Positions 18,392 to 30,369 of a DNA stretch of 50,067 nt are shown here, piece after piece; within the stretch, counting starts at the first letter, position 1, and every line of letters starts with the position of its first letter. The DNA comes from Fidelibacterota bacterium (GTDB lineage: Bacteria; Fidelibacterota; Marinisomatia; Marinisomatales; TCS56). Made by a program: the position numbers and the translations under genes. Location of the stretch: the NCBI GenBank assembly GCA_043822705.1, contig JBDRBK010000136.1, forward strand, positions 1 to 50,067, written 5' to 3'. The notes beneath the pieces are model-generated. The model was not told where the DNA came from. It made no database searches and worked only from the letters and a program-made list of their open reading frames with translations.

Positions 18392-19522
18392 ATGAAACCA
18401 GGTATCAAATTTGGCATTTATCTTAGTCTGACCCTGACCGGCATTTTGACGGCCGCAGCACCTGGTGACAGCCTGATCTGGGCCGGGATCAATGCCTGGT
18501 ACAATTACGAGACAGCGCAATCAGTAGCAATCCTGGATTCCGCCCGCCGGCTGTATCCGGAGCATCCCACCGTCCATCTGGTCTACGCCGCCGCCCGTTA
18601 CCAGCACAGCCAGGCCAGCGCACCGGTGGAAGATAACTATCGCGTCCTGGCCGCAGATCTGGCCGAAATTATCCCGATCTATGAAAATTTAATCGAACGC
18701 TACCCGGAACTGCCGGTTTACCGGCTGTATTACGGTTCGGCCATCGGACTGAAAGCCCGCATTCATCTCGGCCGCAAGGAGTGGATCAGTACGCTCTGGT
18801 CAGCTTACCGGGGTTTTTCGATCATCCGCAAAGTCGCCCGGGATAATCCCGATCTGATCGATGCCCAACTCCCGATCGGAATCGTGGAATATTATTCGGG
18901 TCTCAGCGGCGGACTGGTCAAACTGGCGGCGGGCATGTTCGGTCTGGAGCCATCGGTGATGACCGGCCGGGAGGCCATTCTGCGGGCCGCCGATCAGGGG
19001 GAATTTGCCTGGATGGAAGCCAAGGGAATCATTATTTATCTGTACTTGTACATCGAAAATAATCCTGAAGCAGCGCTGCGGCATGCCCGGACGCTGGTCG
19101 CCACATTTCCCGGGAACTGGTACTATCACCAGCTTTTGACCCAGTGCTATCTGGCCGCCGGCGATGTTCAGAACGGCCGCCGGGCACTGGAATGGATCGC
19201 TGAGCACTTCGATGCCTTATCGGCGACCAATAAGACTAATTTCACCGGTTACCTGAATTACGAATGGGCCCATTTTTATTATCTGCAGGATGACTGGGGT
19301 CAGGCGCTGGTATACCTTGACCGGTCCATCGACGGTTATCGGGCCGAACTGGATGCGGTGCTGGCCGAGGCCCTGCTGCTGAAAGGCCGGATTTTGGATG
19401 CCCGCGGCGAGCGGGTAGGAGCAGTACAATGCTACCGGGAAGTGATCGCGCTGGATAATTTCTCCCACACCATCCGACTGGCCGAACAGCATCTGCGGAT
19501 GCCCTACCGGCCGGATAATTAA
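18392..19522 (+). CDS. Secreted TPR-like protein
   Basis: Signal peptide and helical repeat pattern. Confidence 0.75.
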   Translation: MKPGIKFGIYLSLTLTGILTAAAPGDSLIWAGINAWYNYETAQSVAILDSARRLYPEHPTVHLVYAAARYQHSQASAPVEDNYRVLAADLAEIIPIYENLIERYPELPVYRLYYGSAIGLKARIHLGRKEWISTLWSAYRGFSIIRKVARDNPDLIDAQLPIGIVEYYSGLSGGLVKLAAGMFGLEPSVMTGREAILRAADQGEFAWMEAKGIIIYLYLYIENNPEAALRHARTLVATFPGNWYYHQLLTQCYLAAGDVQNGRRALEWIAEHFDALSATNKTNFTGYLNYEWAHFYYLQDDWGQALVYLDRSIDGYRAELDAVLAEALLLKGRILDARGERVGAVQCYREVIALDNFSHTIRLAEQHLRMPYRPDN

Positions 19523-19563
19523 TTGAAGTTTCCAGTGTAAACCGCTAATTTCGACTGAATTCA

Positions 19564-20637
19564 ATGATAAAACGGAGAAAGACACGGCAGGTCATGGTCG
19601 GGACGGTCCCAATCGGCGGGGACGCACCGATTCCGGTGCAGTCCATGACTACCACCAAAACCCACGATGTTCGGGCCACCCTGGCGCAGATCGAACGGCT
19701 GGAAACGGCCGGCTGCCAGATTATTCGCGTTACCGTTCCCGATCAGGCGGCCGCCGATGCCCTGGCGGAAATAAAAAAACATATGCAGGTGCCGCTGGTG
19801 GCTGATATTCATTTCAATTACCGGATGGCGCTGGCGGCGGTGGATGCCGGCGTGGATAAAATCCGGATCAATCCCGGCAACATCGGCAACCGCGAACGGG
19901 TGAAGCTGGTGCTGGATAAAGTCAAATCCGCCGGGCTGCCGATCCGGATCGGCGTAAATGCCGGCAGTCTGGAAAAGCATCTGCTGGAGAAATACGGGTA
20001 CCCGACGGCGGAGGCGCTGGTGGAAAGCGCCCGGCTGCATATTGATATCTGCCGCGAACATGGATTTGAGAATATCATCGTGTCGCTTAAAGCTTCGGAC
20101 GTAGGTCTGATGATCGCGGCCTACTGCTTATTTTCCCGGGAATTCGATTATCCGCTGCACCTGGGCGTCACCGAAGCCGGTCCGTCGCGCTCCGGGACGA
20201 TCAAATCGGCGGTGGGAATCGGCGCTTTGCTGTCCCGCGGGATCGGCGATACGATCCGGGTCAGCCTGACGGACGATCCGGTCGAGGAGGTGCACGCCGG
20301 ATACGAAATCCTGAAATCGCTGGGACTGGCCAGCCGCGGTGTAACGATTGTGGCCTGTCCGACCTGCGGCCGGTTGGAGGTCGACCTGTTTAAAATCGCC
20401 GGTGAAATGGAAGAACGGTTGAAACAAGTCAAGACACCGCTGTCGGTGGCCCTGATGGGTTGCGCCGTGAACGGACCCGGCGAGGCCAGTCATACCGATC
20501 TGGGGATAGCATTTGGAAAGGGTGGCGGTCAATTGTATTATAAGGGGCGAAATATCGGGCGTGTTCGGGAAGATGAGGCGATTGATCGTCTACTGGAACT
20601 GATCCGGCAATTTGAAGCAACGGAAGGGAAAAGTTAA
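19564..20637 (+). CDS. ispG: 4-hydroxy-3-methylbut-2-en-1-yl diphosphate synthase
   Basis: VQSMT, ADIHF, RINPGN, CPTCGR and MGCAVNGPGE motifs. Confidence 0.98.
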   Translation: MIKRRKTRQVMVGTVPIGGDAPIPVQSMTTTKTHDVRATLAQIERLETAGCQIIRVTVPDQAAADALAEIKKHMQVPLVADIHFNYRMALAAVDAGVDKIRINPGNIGNRERVKLVLDKVKSAGLPIRIGVNAGSLEKHLLEKYGYPTAEALVESARLHIDICREHGFENIIVSLKASDVGLMIAAYCLFSREFDYPLHLGVTEAGPSRSGTIKSAVGIGALLSRGIGDTIRVSLTDDPVEEVHAGYEILKSLGLASRGVTIVACPTCGRLEVDLFKIAGEMEERLKQVKTPLSVALMGCAVNGPGEASHTDLGIAFGKGGGQLYYKGRNIGRVREDEAIDRLLELIRQFEATEGKS

Positions 20638-21077
20638 TGCGTTGGATAATTTGTCTGCTCAGCCTGGTGGTCCTGGTTAGTGCCCAGGAACCGCAACCGG
20701 AGAACAACCGGTCGCCGGTGGTCGTCTATTGGAAAACGCTGACACCCGCGGAGAAGGAGATTTTCCTCTTTTCCTACCTGACGCAGGTGTATGAGACGCA
20801 CAGCAATATGAAAAAGCAGCTGGGATACAATGAAGTGACGACCTGGTACTACAATAATCTGGCGGAACTCGTCTACGGTGTTTTTGATTCCCTGGAAAGC
20901 ACCAATATCAAGGAATTTGTCGGCTGGATCGACCAGTTTTACAACCATCAGGATTTCATGGACCGACCGTTCTACGAGGCGCTGGAATTCGCCTTCCGCT
21001 ACCAGCAGGCCGCCGGGGAATCGATCTGGGAAAAATATCAGAATATGGAATTCGACCGGATCAAACCGGGCGACTGA
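20637..21077 (+). CDS. Secreted hypothetical protein
   Basis: TAATG overlap with ispG; signal peptide. Confidence 0.75.
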   Translation: MRWIICLLSLVVLVSAQEPQPENNRSPVVVYWKTLTPAEKEIFLFSYLTQVYETHSNMKKQLGYNEVTTWYYNNLAELVYGVFDSLESTNIKEFVGWIDQFYNHQDFMDRPFYEALEFAFRYQQAAGESIWEKYQNMEFDRIKPGD

Positions 21078-21235
21078 GTTTCGTTCCCGCACCTGGGGAT
21101 AAACGGGTGGCTGTCGGTAATTTCGAAGATGGTTTCATTTTAAACGGAGAGGTGGTAATTGTATTTTGTCGCGGTTTGTTCATTTATTCGGACCGGTAGG
21201 TCTGAGCCGGAAGGATCCCATCGGAGGGTGAGATT

Positions 21236-22777
21236 TTGATCGCCCGGGTCCTGAGTAGCGCCGTGTTGGGAATCGATGCCTATATCGTCGAAGTCGAGGC
21301 CAACCTGACCGGCGCCAACCTGCCTAAATTCATCACGGTCGGTCTGCCGGAAGGGGCGGTGCGGGAAAGCAAGGAACGGGTGCAGGCTGCGATCCGCAAC
21401 AGCGGTTACCATTTTCCCTATTCCCATATTACCATCAATCTGGCGCCGGCGGATATCCGCAAGGAGGGCAGTGCCTTCGATCTGCCGATCGCGATCGGAA
21501 TTCTGGCGGCCATGGGTATCGTCCGCCGGACCTACCTGGACAACCTGATCCTGCTGGGCGAGCTGGCCCTGGACGGCAGCCTGCGTCCGATCAAGGGCGC
21601 CCTGCCGCTGGCGATCGCCGCCAAACGGGAAGGCATCCGCGGGATAATCCTGCCGGTGGAAAACGCCCGCGAGGCCGGCATCGTCGATGGCGTGAAAGTC
21701 GCCGGCGTCAGGACACTGACGGAAGTGATCCGGATTCTGAATGGGGAAGTGGCCATCGAACCGGTCAAAGTCGATCGCAACGAGTTGTTCAATTCCAGTA
21801 GACACTATACTCAGGATTTCGCCGATGTGCGCAGCCAGGCACAGGTCAAGCGTGCCCTGGAAGTGGCCGCCGCCGGCGGACACAATGTCATCATGATCGG
21901 GCCGCCGGGGAGCGGCAAGACGATGCTTTCCAAGCGCCTGCCGACGATTCTGCCCGATCTGGTGCTGGATGAGGCGCTGGAGACCACCAAGATTCATTCC
22001 GTGGCCGGTCTGCTGCCGGATAACCAGGGATTGATCGCTATCAGGCCCTTCCGCTCGCCACACCATTCCATCAGTGATGCCGGCCTGATCGGCGGCGGCA
22101 CGATCCCGCGACCCGGGGAAGTCAGCCTGGCTCACAACGGTGTCCTGTTCCTGGACGAATTGCCGGAATTCAAGAAAAACGTGCTGGAATTACTGCGGCA
22201 ACCGCTTGAGAGCGGGGAAGTGACCATCGCCCGCGCCACCATGTCGCTCAGCTACCCGGCCCGTTTCATGCTGGTGGCGGCCATGAATCCCTGCCCCTGC
22301 GGTTATGCCACTGACGCCAACAATGAATGCACCTGCACGCCGCAATTGATTCAGCGTTATATGAGCCGCATCTCCGGTCCCCTGCTGGACCGGATCGATA
22401 TTCATATTGAAGTACCGGCGGTGCCATTCAGCGAACTGGCCGAGCAGGAGCCGGGTGAGTCGTCGTCGCGGATTAAACAGCGGGTTCAACAGGCTCGGCA
22501 ACGGCAACTGCAGCGGTTCAGCGTGACCACCGGCCGTTTCGCCAACGCCCAGATGGAGACCAAAGATTTGCAGGAATACTGCCAGATCGATAGTCAGGGT
22601 CACAATCTGCTGAAATCGGCCATGGATAAACTGGGTCTTTCGGCACGGGCCTATGACCGGATACTGAAAGTATCGCGGACGATCGCCGACCTGGAAGGCG
22701 TCGAGCGGATTCAGCCGCAGCACCTGAGTGAGGCGATTCAGTACCGCAGTTTGGATCGGCAGTTGTGGCTCGGTTGA
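21236..22777 (+). CDS. comM: YifB/ComM Mg-chelatase-like AAA+ ATPase
   Basis: [33 protein letters not shown] and AMNPCPCG motifs; TTG start. Confidence 0.95.
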   Translation: MIARVLSSAVLGIDAYIVEVEANLTGANLPKFITVGLPEGAVRESKERVQAAIRNSGYHFPYSHITINLAPADIRKEGSAFDLPIAIGILAAMGIVRRTYLDNLILLGELALDGSLRPIKGALPLAIAAKREGIRGIILPVENAREAGIVDGVKVAGVRTLTEVIRILNGEVAIEPVKVDRNELFNSSRHYTQDFADVRSQAQVKRALEVAAAGGHNVIMIGPPGSGKTMLSKRLPTILPDLVLDEALETTKIHSVAGLLPDNQGLIAIRPFRSPHHSISDAGLIGGGTIPRPGEVSLAHNGVLFLDELPEFKKNVLELLRQPLESGEVTIARATMSLSYPARFMLVAAMNPCPCGYATDANNECTCTPQLIQRYMSRISGPLLDRIDIHIEVPAVPFSELAEQEPGESSSRIKQRVQQARQRQLQRFSVTTGRFANAQMETKDLQEYCQIDSQGHNLLKSAMDKLGLSARAYDRILKVSRTIADLEGVERIQPQHLSEAIQYRSLDRQLWLG

Positions 22778-22943
22778 ACTGATCTGTATGATACGGGTTA
22801 TACAGTCAGTCTATTTTCAGGTAAGTGATTGCCGTTGATTAACTGATTGAAAATTCACTGATTGTTGAGCAGAATAATACTATGCCGGCGGCATCGCTTG
22901 ATTAAATTCCGTTGACGATAATTAAAACTATCAGGAGAGATTC

Positions 22944-23282
22944 ATGAACACGACCGGGAAATTATTCAGCGGCTTGATTCTATTGTCGGTACTGGTGACT
23001 GCCCAGACAGTCTGGCAGAACCTGCAGGTTCTGCAATTCGAGTCCAAAGCGGAACTGAAACAATTCATGGAAGGTGTAGCCGCCGATCTTGGGGTTGAGT
23101 GCGTGTTTTGTCATGACCTGCGCGACAAGAGCAGCGATGAAAAGAAACATAAGCTGGTCGCCCGGGATATGTTAAAAATGACGGCCGGTATCAACGATCA
23201 GTATTTGAATTGGGAAGGTGCCGAAAAAGTCGGGTGCTGGTCCTGCCACCGCGGTCAGAAAGAACCGGAAAAGCGGAAATAA
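22944..23282 (+). CDS. Small diheme c-type cytochrome
   Basis: Signal peptide; CVFCH and CWSCH; NLQVL and ARDMLKM pattern of the PufC-like small cytochrome family. Confidence 0.88.
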   Translation: MNTTGKLFSGLILLSVLVTAQTVWQNLQVLQFESKAELKQFMEGVAADLGVECVFCHDLRDKSSDEKKHKLVARDMLKMTAGINDQYLNWEGAEKVGCWSCHRGQKEPEKRK

Positions 23283-23290
23283 GCATTCCG

Positions 23291-23710
23291 GTGTATACGC
23301 TCTACAATATCCACCCGTTGTTGATTCATTTTCCAATTGCCCTGCTGGCAGTTGGGCTGGTACTTGATTTCGCCGGTGTATTTTTCCGGCGGAATGACCT
23401 GATATCAGCCGGGTGGTACAATCTGCAATTCGCCGTCGCGGCGGTCATATTTTCGATCGCCAGCGGTTTGCTGGCCGATACCAGATACGGCTCGCTGCAG
23501 GAACCATTTCCGCTACATACTGCCCACGGTCCCCTGATGCTGCTTGTGGGGCTTATGACCATAATTCTGATGCTGATACGCTTTAACAATAAAGGCGCCT
23601 ACCCGCAAAACCGGAACCGACGATTAGCGATTTTGGCCGGCCAGTTGCTGCTGGTAGCGCTGTTGTTCTGGGGAGCACATCTGGGCGCCGTACTCGGTGA
23701 TGGCCTTTGA
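23291..23710 (+). CDS. DUF2231-like membrane protein
   Basis: HPLLIHFPIAL motif, four TM segments, C-terminal AHLG; GTG start at 23291. Confidence 0.8.
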   Translation: MYTLYNIHPLLIHFPIALLAVGLVLDFAGVFFRRNDLISAGWYNLQFAVAAVIFSIASGLLADTRYGSLQEPFPLHTAHGPLMLLVGLMTIILMLIRFNNKGAYPQNRNRRLAILAGQLLLVALLFWGAHLGAVLGDGL

Positions 23711-23804
23711 CCCAAACGGCGCTACTTTCGACTGTTAAAATAAACGGCGCGGTTCTATATTACGACCATGATCAATCCGAGAAAAGCGTAGGGAAAACCT
23801 AATA

Positions 23805-24302
23805 ATGAAGACTTTAATTCAATCAAAACTGTTCTTTATAGCGCTGCTGTTTTTTGCCATTCCGAATCTGTTTGCGGTCAGTAAAAAAGAACTGGAGGCC
23901 AATCTGGCGACCTGTCAGGAGGAGAAAGCGTCGGTTCAGGCGATCCTTGACGCGACCGTTACAAAGTTCAACACCGCCGTTGGCGAAAAGGAAAAACTGA
24001 CCAGTAAAGCGTTCGAGCTGAATAAAAAAGTTGCGGATTTACAGGCTAAATTGGAAGCGGCGCCGATCCGGGAATATGAAGACCTGAAACTGGAATTTTC
24101 GGAAATGCAAACCGTTAAAAACCGGATTATCAGCAACCTGGATGAACGGATGACCCTGAAAGACCAAGCCCTTGCGCAGCTGGCGGTCTACAAAACTGAC
24201 CTGGAAGCCCGGATTCAGATGCTGGAGCAGGAACTCAAGCGCCTGGAAATGGAGAATGCTGCTTTGAAATCCCGGTTACAGAAATCCGGCAGCGATAAAT
24301 AA
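23805..24302 (+). CDS. Secreted coiled-coil hypothetical protein
   Basis: Signal peptide followed by heptad-rich sequence. Confidence 0.75.
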   Translation: MKTLIQSKLFFIALLFFAIPNLFAVSKKELEANLATCQEEKASVQAILDATVTKFNTAVGEKEKLTSKAFELNKKVADLQAKLEAAPIREYEDLKLEFSEMQTVKNRIISNLDERMTLKDQALAQLAVYKTDLEARIQMLEQELKRLEMENAALKSRLQKSGSDK

Positions 24303-24357
24303 AGTCCGCCTGATAGAGCAATCCATCCAGCGTTTACAATTTTAACCCTACAGGATT

Positions 24358-24756
24358 ATGAAAACATATACTATCGGCGATTCCGCAACTATTGAACATG
24401 TATTTCAGTCCCAGGATGTGGAAGTCTTTGCCCAATTAAGCGGCGATAATAATCCGATTCACCTGGACTCGGATTACGCCGCCACAACCCGCTTCAAAAG
24501 CCGGATCGTTCACGGCATGCTGGTCGGCAGTCTGTTCAGTACAATTTTCGGTACGGTCTTCCCCGGCGAAGGTGCCGTTTACCTTGGTCAGAGCCTGAAG
24601 TTCACCGCGCCGGTGTTTCTGGGCGAGAAAATCACTGCTACCGTGACTTTGATTTCCCTGCGTGAAGATAAACCGATCGGCACGTTTGAGACGATCTGCC
24701 GGAATGAATCAGGGACGCCGGTAATCAAAGGCGAAGCCACCCTGTTATTACCCTAA
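24358..24756 (+). CDS. MaoC-family (R)-enoyl-CoA hydratase
   Basis: SGDNNPIHLD and IVHGML motifs. Confidence 0.93.
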   Translation: MKTYTIGDSATIEHVFQSQDVEVFAQLSGDNNPIHLDSDYAATTRFKSRIVHGMLVGSLFSTIFGTVFPGEGAVYLGQSLKFTAPVFLGEKITATVTLISLREDKPIGTFETICRNESGTPVIKGEATLLLP

Positions 24757-25463
24757 TCGCGGCCGTGAATCATCGGGACGAACCGTACCGATGTCACTAC
24801 ACTGGTCGTAATCCTGCCGTGTTGGTCCTTGTCTACAACCAGCAGATCCTGAACCCACCACTGGCTGCCGCAGGGCAGAACCATTTTTCCCGAAGGCTTC
24901 AGTTGTTCGATTAACCGCGGCGGAATTTCTTCCGGGGCGGCCGTAACGATAATACGGTCAAATGGTGCCGCATCCGGCCAACCCCGATAACCATCACCAA
25001 TTTTTACTGAGACATTTTTATATCCCAGACTATCCAGGCGGGCGGCGGCGCTTCTCCCTAATTCCGGAACAATCTCGATTGAATATACCTGTCGCGCCAG
25101 TCGGGCCAGGACAGCCGCCTGATAGCCGGAACCGGTGCCGATCTCCAGCACTTTATCCCCCGGACCCACATCCAGCAACTCGGTCATAAATGCCACAATG
25201 TATGGTTGGGAGATGGTCTGATCGTAACCGATTTGCAAAGGAGTATCGTCATAAGCATGACGACGTTCGGCCGCAGGAACGAACAAGTGCCGGGGAACGG
25301 CTGCCATAGCCTGCAGGACGGCTCGGTCTTCAACTCCCCGGCCGCTGATCTGTCGCCGGACCATTTGTTGCCGCATCGTGGTGAAATCGGGCGGACCGTC
25401 CTGTGCCGCAGCCGGGAGCGGTAAAGTCAAAGAAATAATGGAACAGATCGATAGCAGTTTCAT
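24753..25463 (-). CDS. pcm: Protein-L-isoaspartate O-methyltransferase with an N-terminal signal-like peptide
   Basis: VPRHLF, QTISQP, LEIGTGSGYQAA, GDGYRG and VRFVPM motifs. Confidence 0.95.
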   Translation of the reverse strand: MKLLSICSIISLTLPLPAAAQDGPPDFTTMRQQMVRRQISGRGVEDRAVLQAMAAVPRHLFVPAAERRHAYDDTPLQIGYDQTISQPYIVAFMTELLDVGPGDKVLEIGTGSGYQAAVLARLARQVYSIEIVPELGRSAAARLDSLGYKNVSVKIGDGYRGWPDAAPFDRIIVTAAPEEIPPRLIEQLKPSGKMVLPCGSQWWVQDLLVVDKDQHGRITTSVVTSVRFVPMIHGRD

Positions 25464-25626
25464 TTTGTATTTTGGCGCAGGTTCGGCTGGTATGATCGGG
25501 CCGATTCCTGGCGACGTCGAATGTTACAATAGTCCAACCGTCATGTCAAATGAATCGTATCTTTTATCGTTTTACAAGTCTGAAAAATGTAAATTATTTT
25601 ATTAAATCGGATACCGGAATAAGCTG

Positions 25627-27570
25627 ATGATCAGGAAAATAATTTTGGTCGTTTTACTCGGCGGCGGGTTGCTGGCCCAGACCGATACGGAGAAACAGTT
25701 TCTCTGCGGCCGGGCCAAATCATTTTCCAAAATTCTGGCGCGGGGACTGACACCCACCATCGAGCAGCAGAAAATCGATGCACTGTACTACGGTATCAAC
25801 CTGGAAATTGATCCTCTCAACAGCACTATCACCGGATCGGTCACCGGCCGGTTCCGGGTAATACAATTGCCGCTTAATTCGATCGACCTGGACTTTGCCG
25901 ACAACATGACAATCTCAAACCTGACCGTGAACGGACTGGCGGCCAATTACGAGCGCTCCGATAATCTGTTGCGGATTTCGGTTCCGGTCGGTCTGGCTGT
26001 TGACGATCTGTTTTCGGTGACTGTCCACTACTCCGGGCAGCCGCAGCCGACGGGCTTTCTCTCATTTGTGTTCAGCGAACACAACGAGCAGCCCTGGATA
26101 TCGACCCTGTCCGAGCCCTATGGCGCCCGCACCTGGTGGCCCTGCAAGGACGAACCAAGCGATAAGGCCGATTCGGTCGATATTACCATAACCGTTCCCC
26201 AGGATCTGATCGTCGCCTCCAACGGGGCCCTGGTGAAAACGACGAACAGCGGCAGCACCAAAACCTATTTTTGGCAGGAACGCTACCCGATTGTGACCTA
26301 CCTGGTATCGCTGGCGATTCATCCGTATTACTTCTGGCAGGACCAGTATATTTCCGCCGCCAACGATACGATGCCGATTGAATTCTATGTACGACCCGAC
26401 TACTATACCCTGGTCCAAAACAATTATATGAAGACCCGCAGCATGATCGAATTTTTCTCCGATGTATTCGGTGAATACCCGTTCATCAAAGAAAAATATG
26501 GCCATGCGGAATTTGACTGGGGTGGTGGGATGGAGCATCAGACGCTGACCAGTCTTGGCGGCTATGGTGAGGATCTGATCGTTCATGAACTGGCACACCA
26601 GTGGTGGGGTGACATGATCACCTGCGCCAGTTTTCATCATATCTGGTTAAACGAGGGCTTTGCCACCTACGCCGAAGCGTTGTGGTGGGAACATACCGGC
26701 GGAGCGGCCGCCTATAACGAGGATATGACGCGTAATGAGTATTTCGGCGATGGAACGATTTATGTCGGCAATCCCAATTCCACCAGTGTAATATTCAATT
26801 CCGGCCTCAGTTACCGGAAGGCATCCTGGGTATTGCACATGTTGCGGCATGTGGTGGGGGATACGACTTTTTTCGATATTCTTAAAGCGTATGGCAGCGA
26901 TCCGGATCTGAAATTCGGAACGGTGACCACCGACAGTTTCCGTTCCTTATGTGAGGAAGTCAGCGGATTGGATCTTAACGATTTTTTCCAGCAATGGATT
27001 TATGGCTCCCATTTCCCGGTTTACGGCGTGTCCTGGGAACAGCGCCAGGACAGCCTGCAGGTAACCGTCGACCAGGAACAAGAAACGGGAACATTTTTTC
27101 ACCTGCCGGTCGATCTGAAGATCGTCTGTGGCGATTCGGTGTTTATCCGAGTCGTCGACAATCAACAGCCCAGTGATCTATTCACGATTATTATTCCATC
27201 CGGGCGAGAAGTCGATTCGGTCATTCTTGATCCCGATAACTGGATCCTTAAAAATGTGCAGTATTACGATTTGGGGCACCCGGGCGGTTTGCCGGACCAG
27301 TATATATTACGACCAGCATATCCCAATCCGTTTAACTCATCGCTGACAATTCCTTTCCGGGTTCCATTACGCGGGACGGTTGAGTTAAGTATTATTGATT
27401 TACAGGGGAGACGAGTAAATTCCTTTGAGGGATTCTATGAACCTGGCGACCATTTTGTCATCTGGAACGGTCTGGACCGGAGCCAGCAACTGGTGGCGTC
27501 GGGAATTTATTTGATCCGCCTGAGCGCTCCCGAATCGTTTATAACAGAAAAGATCATTCTGCTGAAATAA
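25627..27570 (+). CDS. Secreted M1 family aminopeptidase with a C-terminal sorting domain
   Basis: GGMEH, HELAHQWWG and WLNEGFA motifs; tail YPNPFN...SGIYLIRL...KIILLK. Confidence 0.92.
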   Translation: MIRKIILVVLLGGGLLAQTDTEKQFLCGRAKSFSKILARGLTPTIEQQKIDALYYGINLEIDPLNSTITGSVTGRFRVIQLPLNSIDLDFADNMTISNLTVNGLAANYERSDNLLRISVPVGLAVDDLFSVTVHYSGQPQPTGFLSFVFSEHNEQPWISTLSEPYGARTWWPCKDEPSDKADSVDITITVPQDLIVASNGALVKTTNSGSTKTYFWQERYPIVTYLVSLAIHPYYFWQDQYISAANDTMPIEFYVRPDYYTLVQNNYMKTRSMIEFFSDVFGEYPFIKEKYGHAEFDWGGGMEHQTLTSLGGYGEDLIVHELAHQWWGDMITCASFHHIWLNEGFATYAEALWWEHTGGAAAYNEDMTRNEYFGDGTIYVGNPNSTSVIFNSGLSYRKASWVLHMLRHVVGDTTFFDILKAYGSDPDLKFGTVTTDSFRSLCEEVSGLDLNDFFQQWIYGSHFPVYGVSWEQRQDSLQVTVDQEQETGTFFHLPVDLKIVCGDSVFIRVVDNQQPSDLFTIIIPSGREVDSVILDPDNWILKNVQYYDLGHPGGLPDQYILRPAYPNPFNSSLTIPFRVPLRGTVELSIIDLQGRRVNSFEGFYEPGDHFVIWNGLDRSQQLVASGIYLIRLSAPESFITEKIILLK

Positions 27571-27617
27571 ATTGCTGCCGCTAATCCGGACGGTCGATAA
27601 ACTGAAAAGAAACGAAG

Positions 27618-28055
27618 ATGGATTTACTGATTAAACCCTATGATTCCGTTGTCCGCGGTTATTACCTGGATCATCAACATTTTCATCCGGGTGACGCGGG
27701 ACTGGACCTGTTCGCGGTGGAACGCCAGGTTATTGCTCCACGGTCGACCGACTTCATCCATTTCCGGATCGCCTGCGAAAATCCGCAGCACCGCCCCTAT
27801 CTGCTGCTGCCGCGCTCGAGTATATCCAGGACGCCCTTGCGCATGTGCAATTCTATCGGTCTGATCGACGGTGGTTACCGGGGTGAAATTATCGCCGCGA
27901 TCGATAATATCCGCAACGAGGAGTATATTATCGAACCGGGGCAGCGGCTGTTCCAGTTGGTTGCCATGGATGGCTCGCCGATCAATTTTACACTAGTCGA
28001 TGACCTGTCCGACACCAGCCGCGGTGGCGGTGGTTTCGGCAGCACCGGCCGATAA
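27618..28055 (+). CDS. dut: Trimeric dUTP diphosphatase
   Basis: All five motifs: AGLDL, PRSS, GLIDGGYRGEI, RLFQL and RGGGGFGSTG. Confidence 0.96.
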   Translation: MDLLIKPYDSVVRGYYLDHQHFHPGDAGLDLFAVERQVIAPRSTDFIHFRIACENPQHRPYLLLPRSSISRTPLRMCNSIGLIDGGYRGEIIAAIDNIRNEEYIIEPGQRLFQLVAMDGSPINFTLVDDLSDTSRGGGGFGSTGR

Positions 28056-28079
28056 GGAACTTATTGTCCTGTTTTTAGT

Positions 28080-28106
28080 TTAGCACTCGACATTACCGAG
28101 TGCTAA
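28080..28106. promoter_or_regulatory. CIRCE element (HrcA operator)
   Basis: Perfect TTAGCACTC-N9-GAGTGCTAA upstream of groES. Confidence 0.97.
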
Positions 28107-28202
28107 ATAGTAATTGTAAACAGCAGTCCGATTGGTCTAATTTTACTGCTGCAAATTATTAATCTAAAATTTGAATCATGAACTAAAATCAGGAGTATTA
28201 GT

Positions 28203-28493
28203 ATGAGTCTTAAACTAAAACCGTTGGCGGATCGGGTCGTTGTCGAACCGGCTCCGGCCGACGAAAAATCCAAAGGTGGTATCATATTGCCGGACACGGC
28301 ACAGGAAAAGCCCCAGCAGGGGACGGTAGCCGCAGTCGGTGAAGGTAAAATCAGCGATTCAGGCAGCCTGGTCAAGATGACGGTTAAGGTCGGAGATAAA
28401 ATCCTTTACGGGAAATACTCCGGCACCGAAGTCGCAATTGACGGTACGGATTATCTGATCATGCGCGAGAGCGATATCCTCGCGATTTTATAG
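28203..28493 (+). CDS. groES: Co-chaperonin GroES
   Basis: [15 protein letters not shown] and KYSGTEV motifs. Confidence 0.99.
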   Translation: MSLKLKPLADRVVVEPAPADEKSKGGIILPDTAQEKPQQGTVAAVGEGKISDSGSLVKMTVKVGDKILYGKYSGTEVAIDGTDYLIMRESDILAIL

Positions 28494-28496
28494 TAA

Positions 28497-30140
<1,644 letters not shown>

Positions 30141-30162
30141 TCCAGGCTGAGTACTAAATGAT

Positions 30163-30194
30163 AAGAGCCCTTCGGTTGAAGGGCTCTTTTTTTT
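30163..30194 (+). terminator. Rho-independent terminator of groESL
   Basis: AAGAGCCCTTC-GGTT-GAAGGGCTCTT followed by a T-run. Confidence 0.93.
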
Positions 30195-30330
30195 ACCTGG
30201 AGTTTAAAAATTTACCGTTCGAACGACGGCGGTCGTTGATGGAAATGAATCAGCGCTGATATTGGACATTAAAAGCTTGTTATTTATTGTTCATGTTGAG
30301 TGTAGTTTTATTAAATTTTGTTGTCGGAAA

Positions 30331-30346
30331 TGTGATTTGAATCAAA
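30331..30346. promoter_or_regulatory. CRP/FNR-like binding site
   Basis: AAA-TGTGA-TTTGAA-TCAAA, 9/10 match to TGTGA-N6-TCACA, 23 nt before the crp/fnr ATG. Confidence 0.65.
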
Positions 30347-30369
30347 TCAAGGTTAACCTAATAGCAGCT

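Noticed and set aside
22944..23282. Evidence of phototrophy
   Set aside because: Only two hemes, and no puf or bch genes in the window.
30262..30369. TTG-initiated extension of the Crp/Fnr ORF
   Set aside because: An AT-rich, promoter-like region containing the CRP-like site; the recognisable domain starts at the ATG at 30370.
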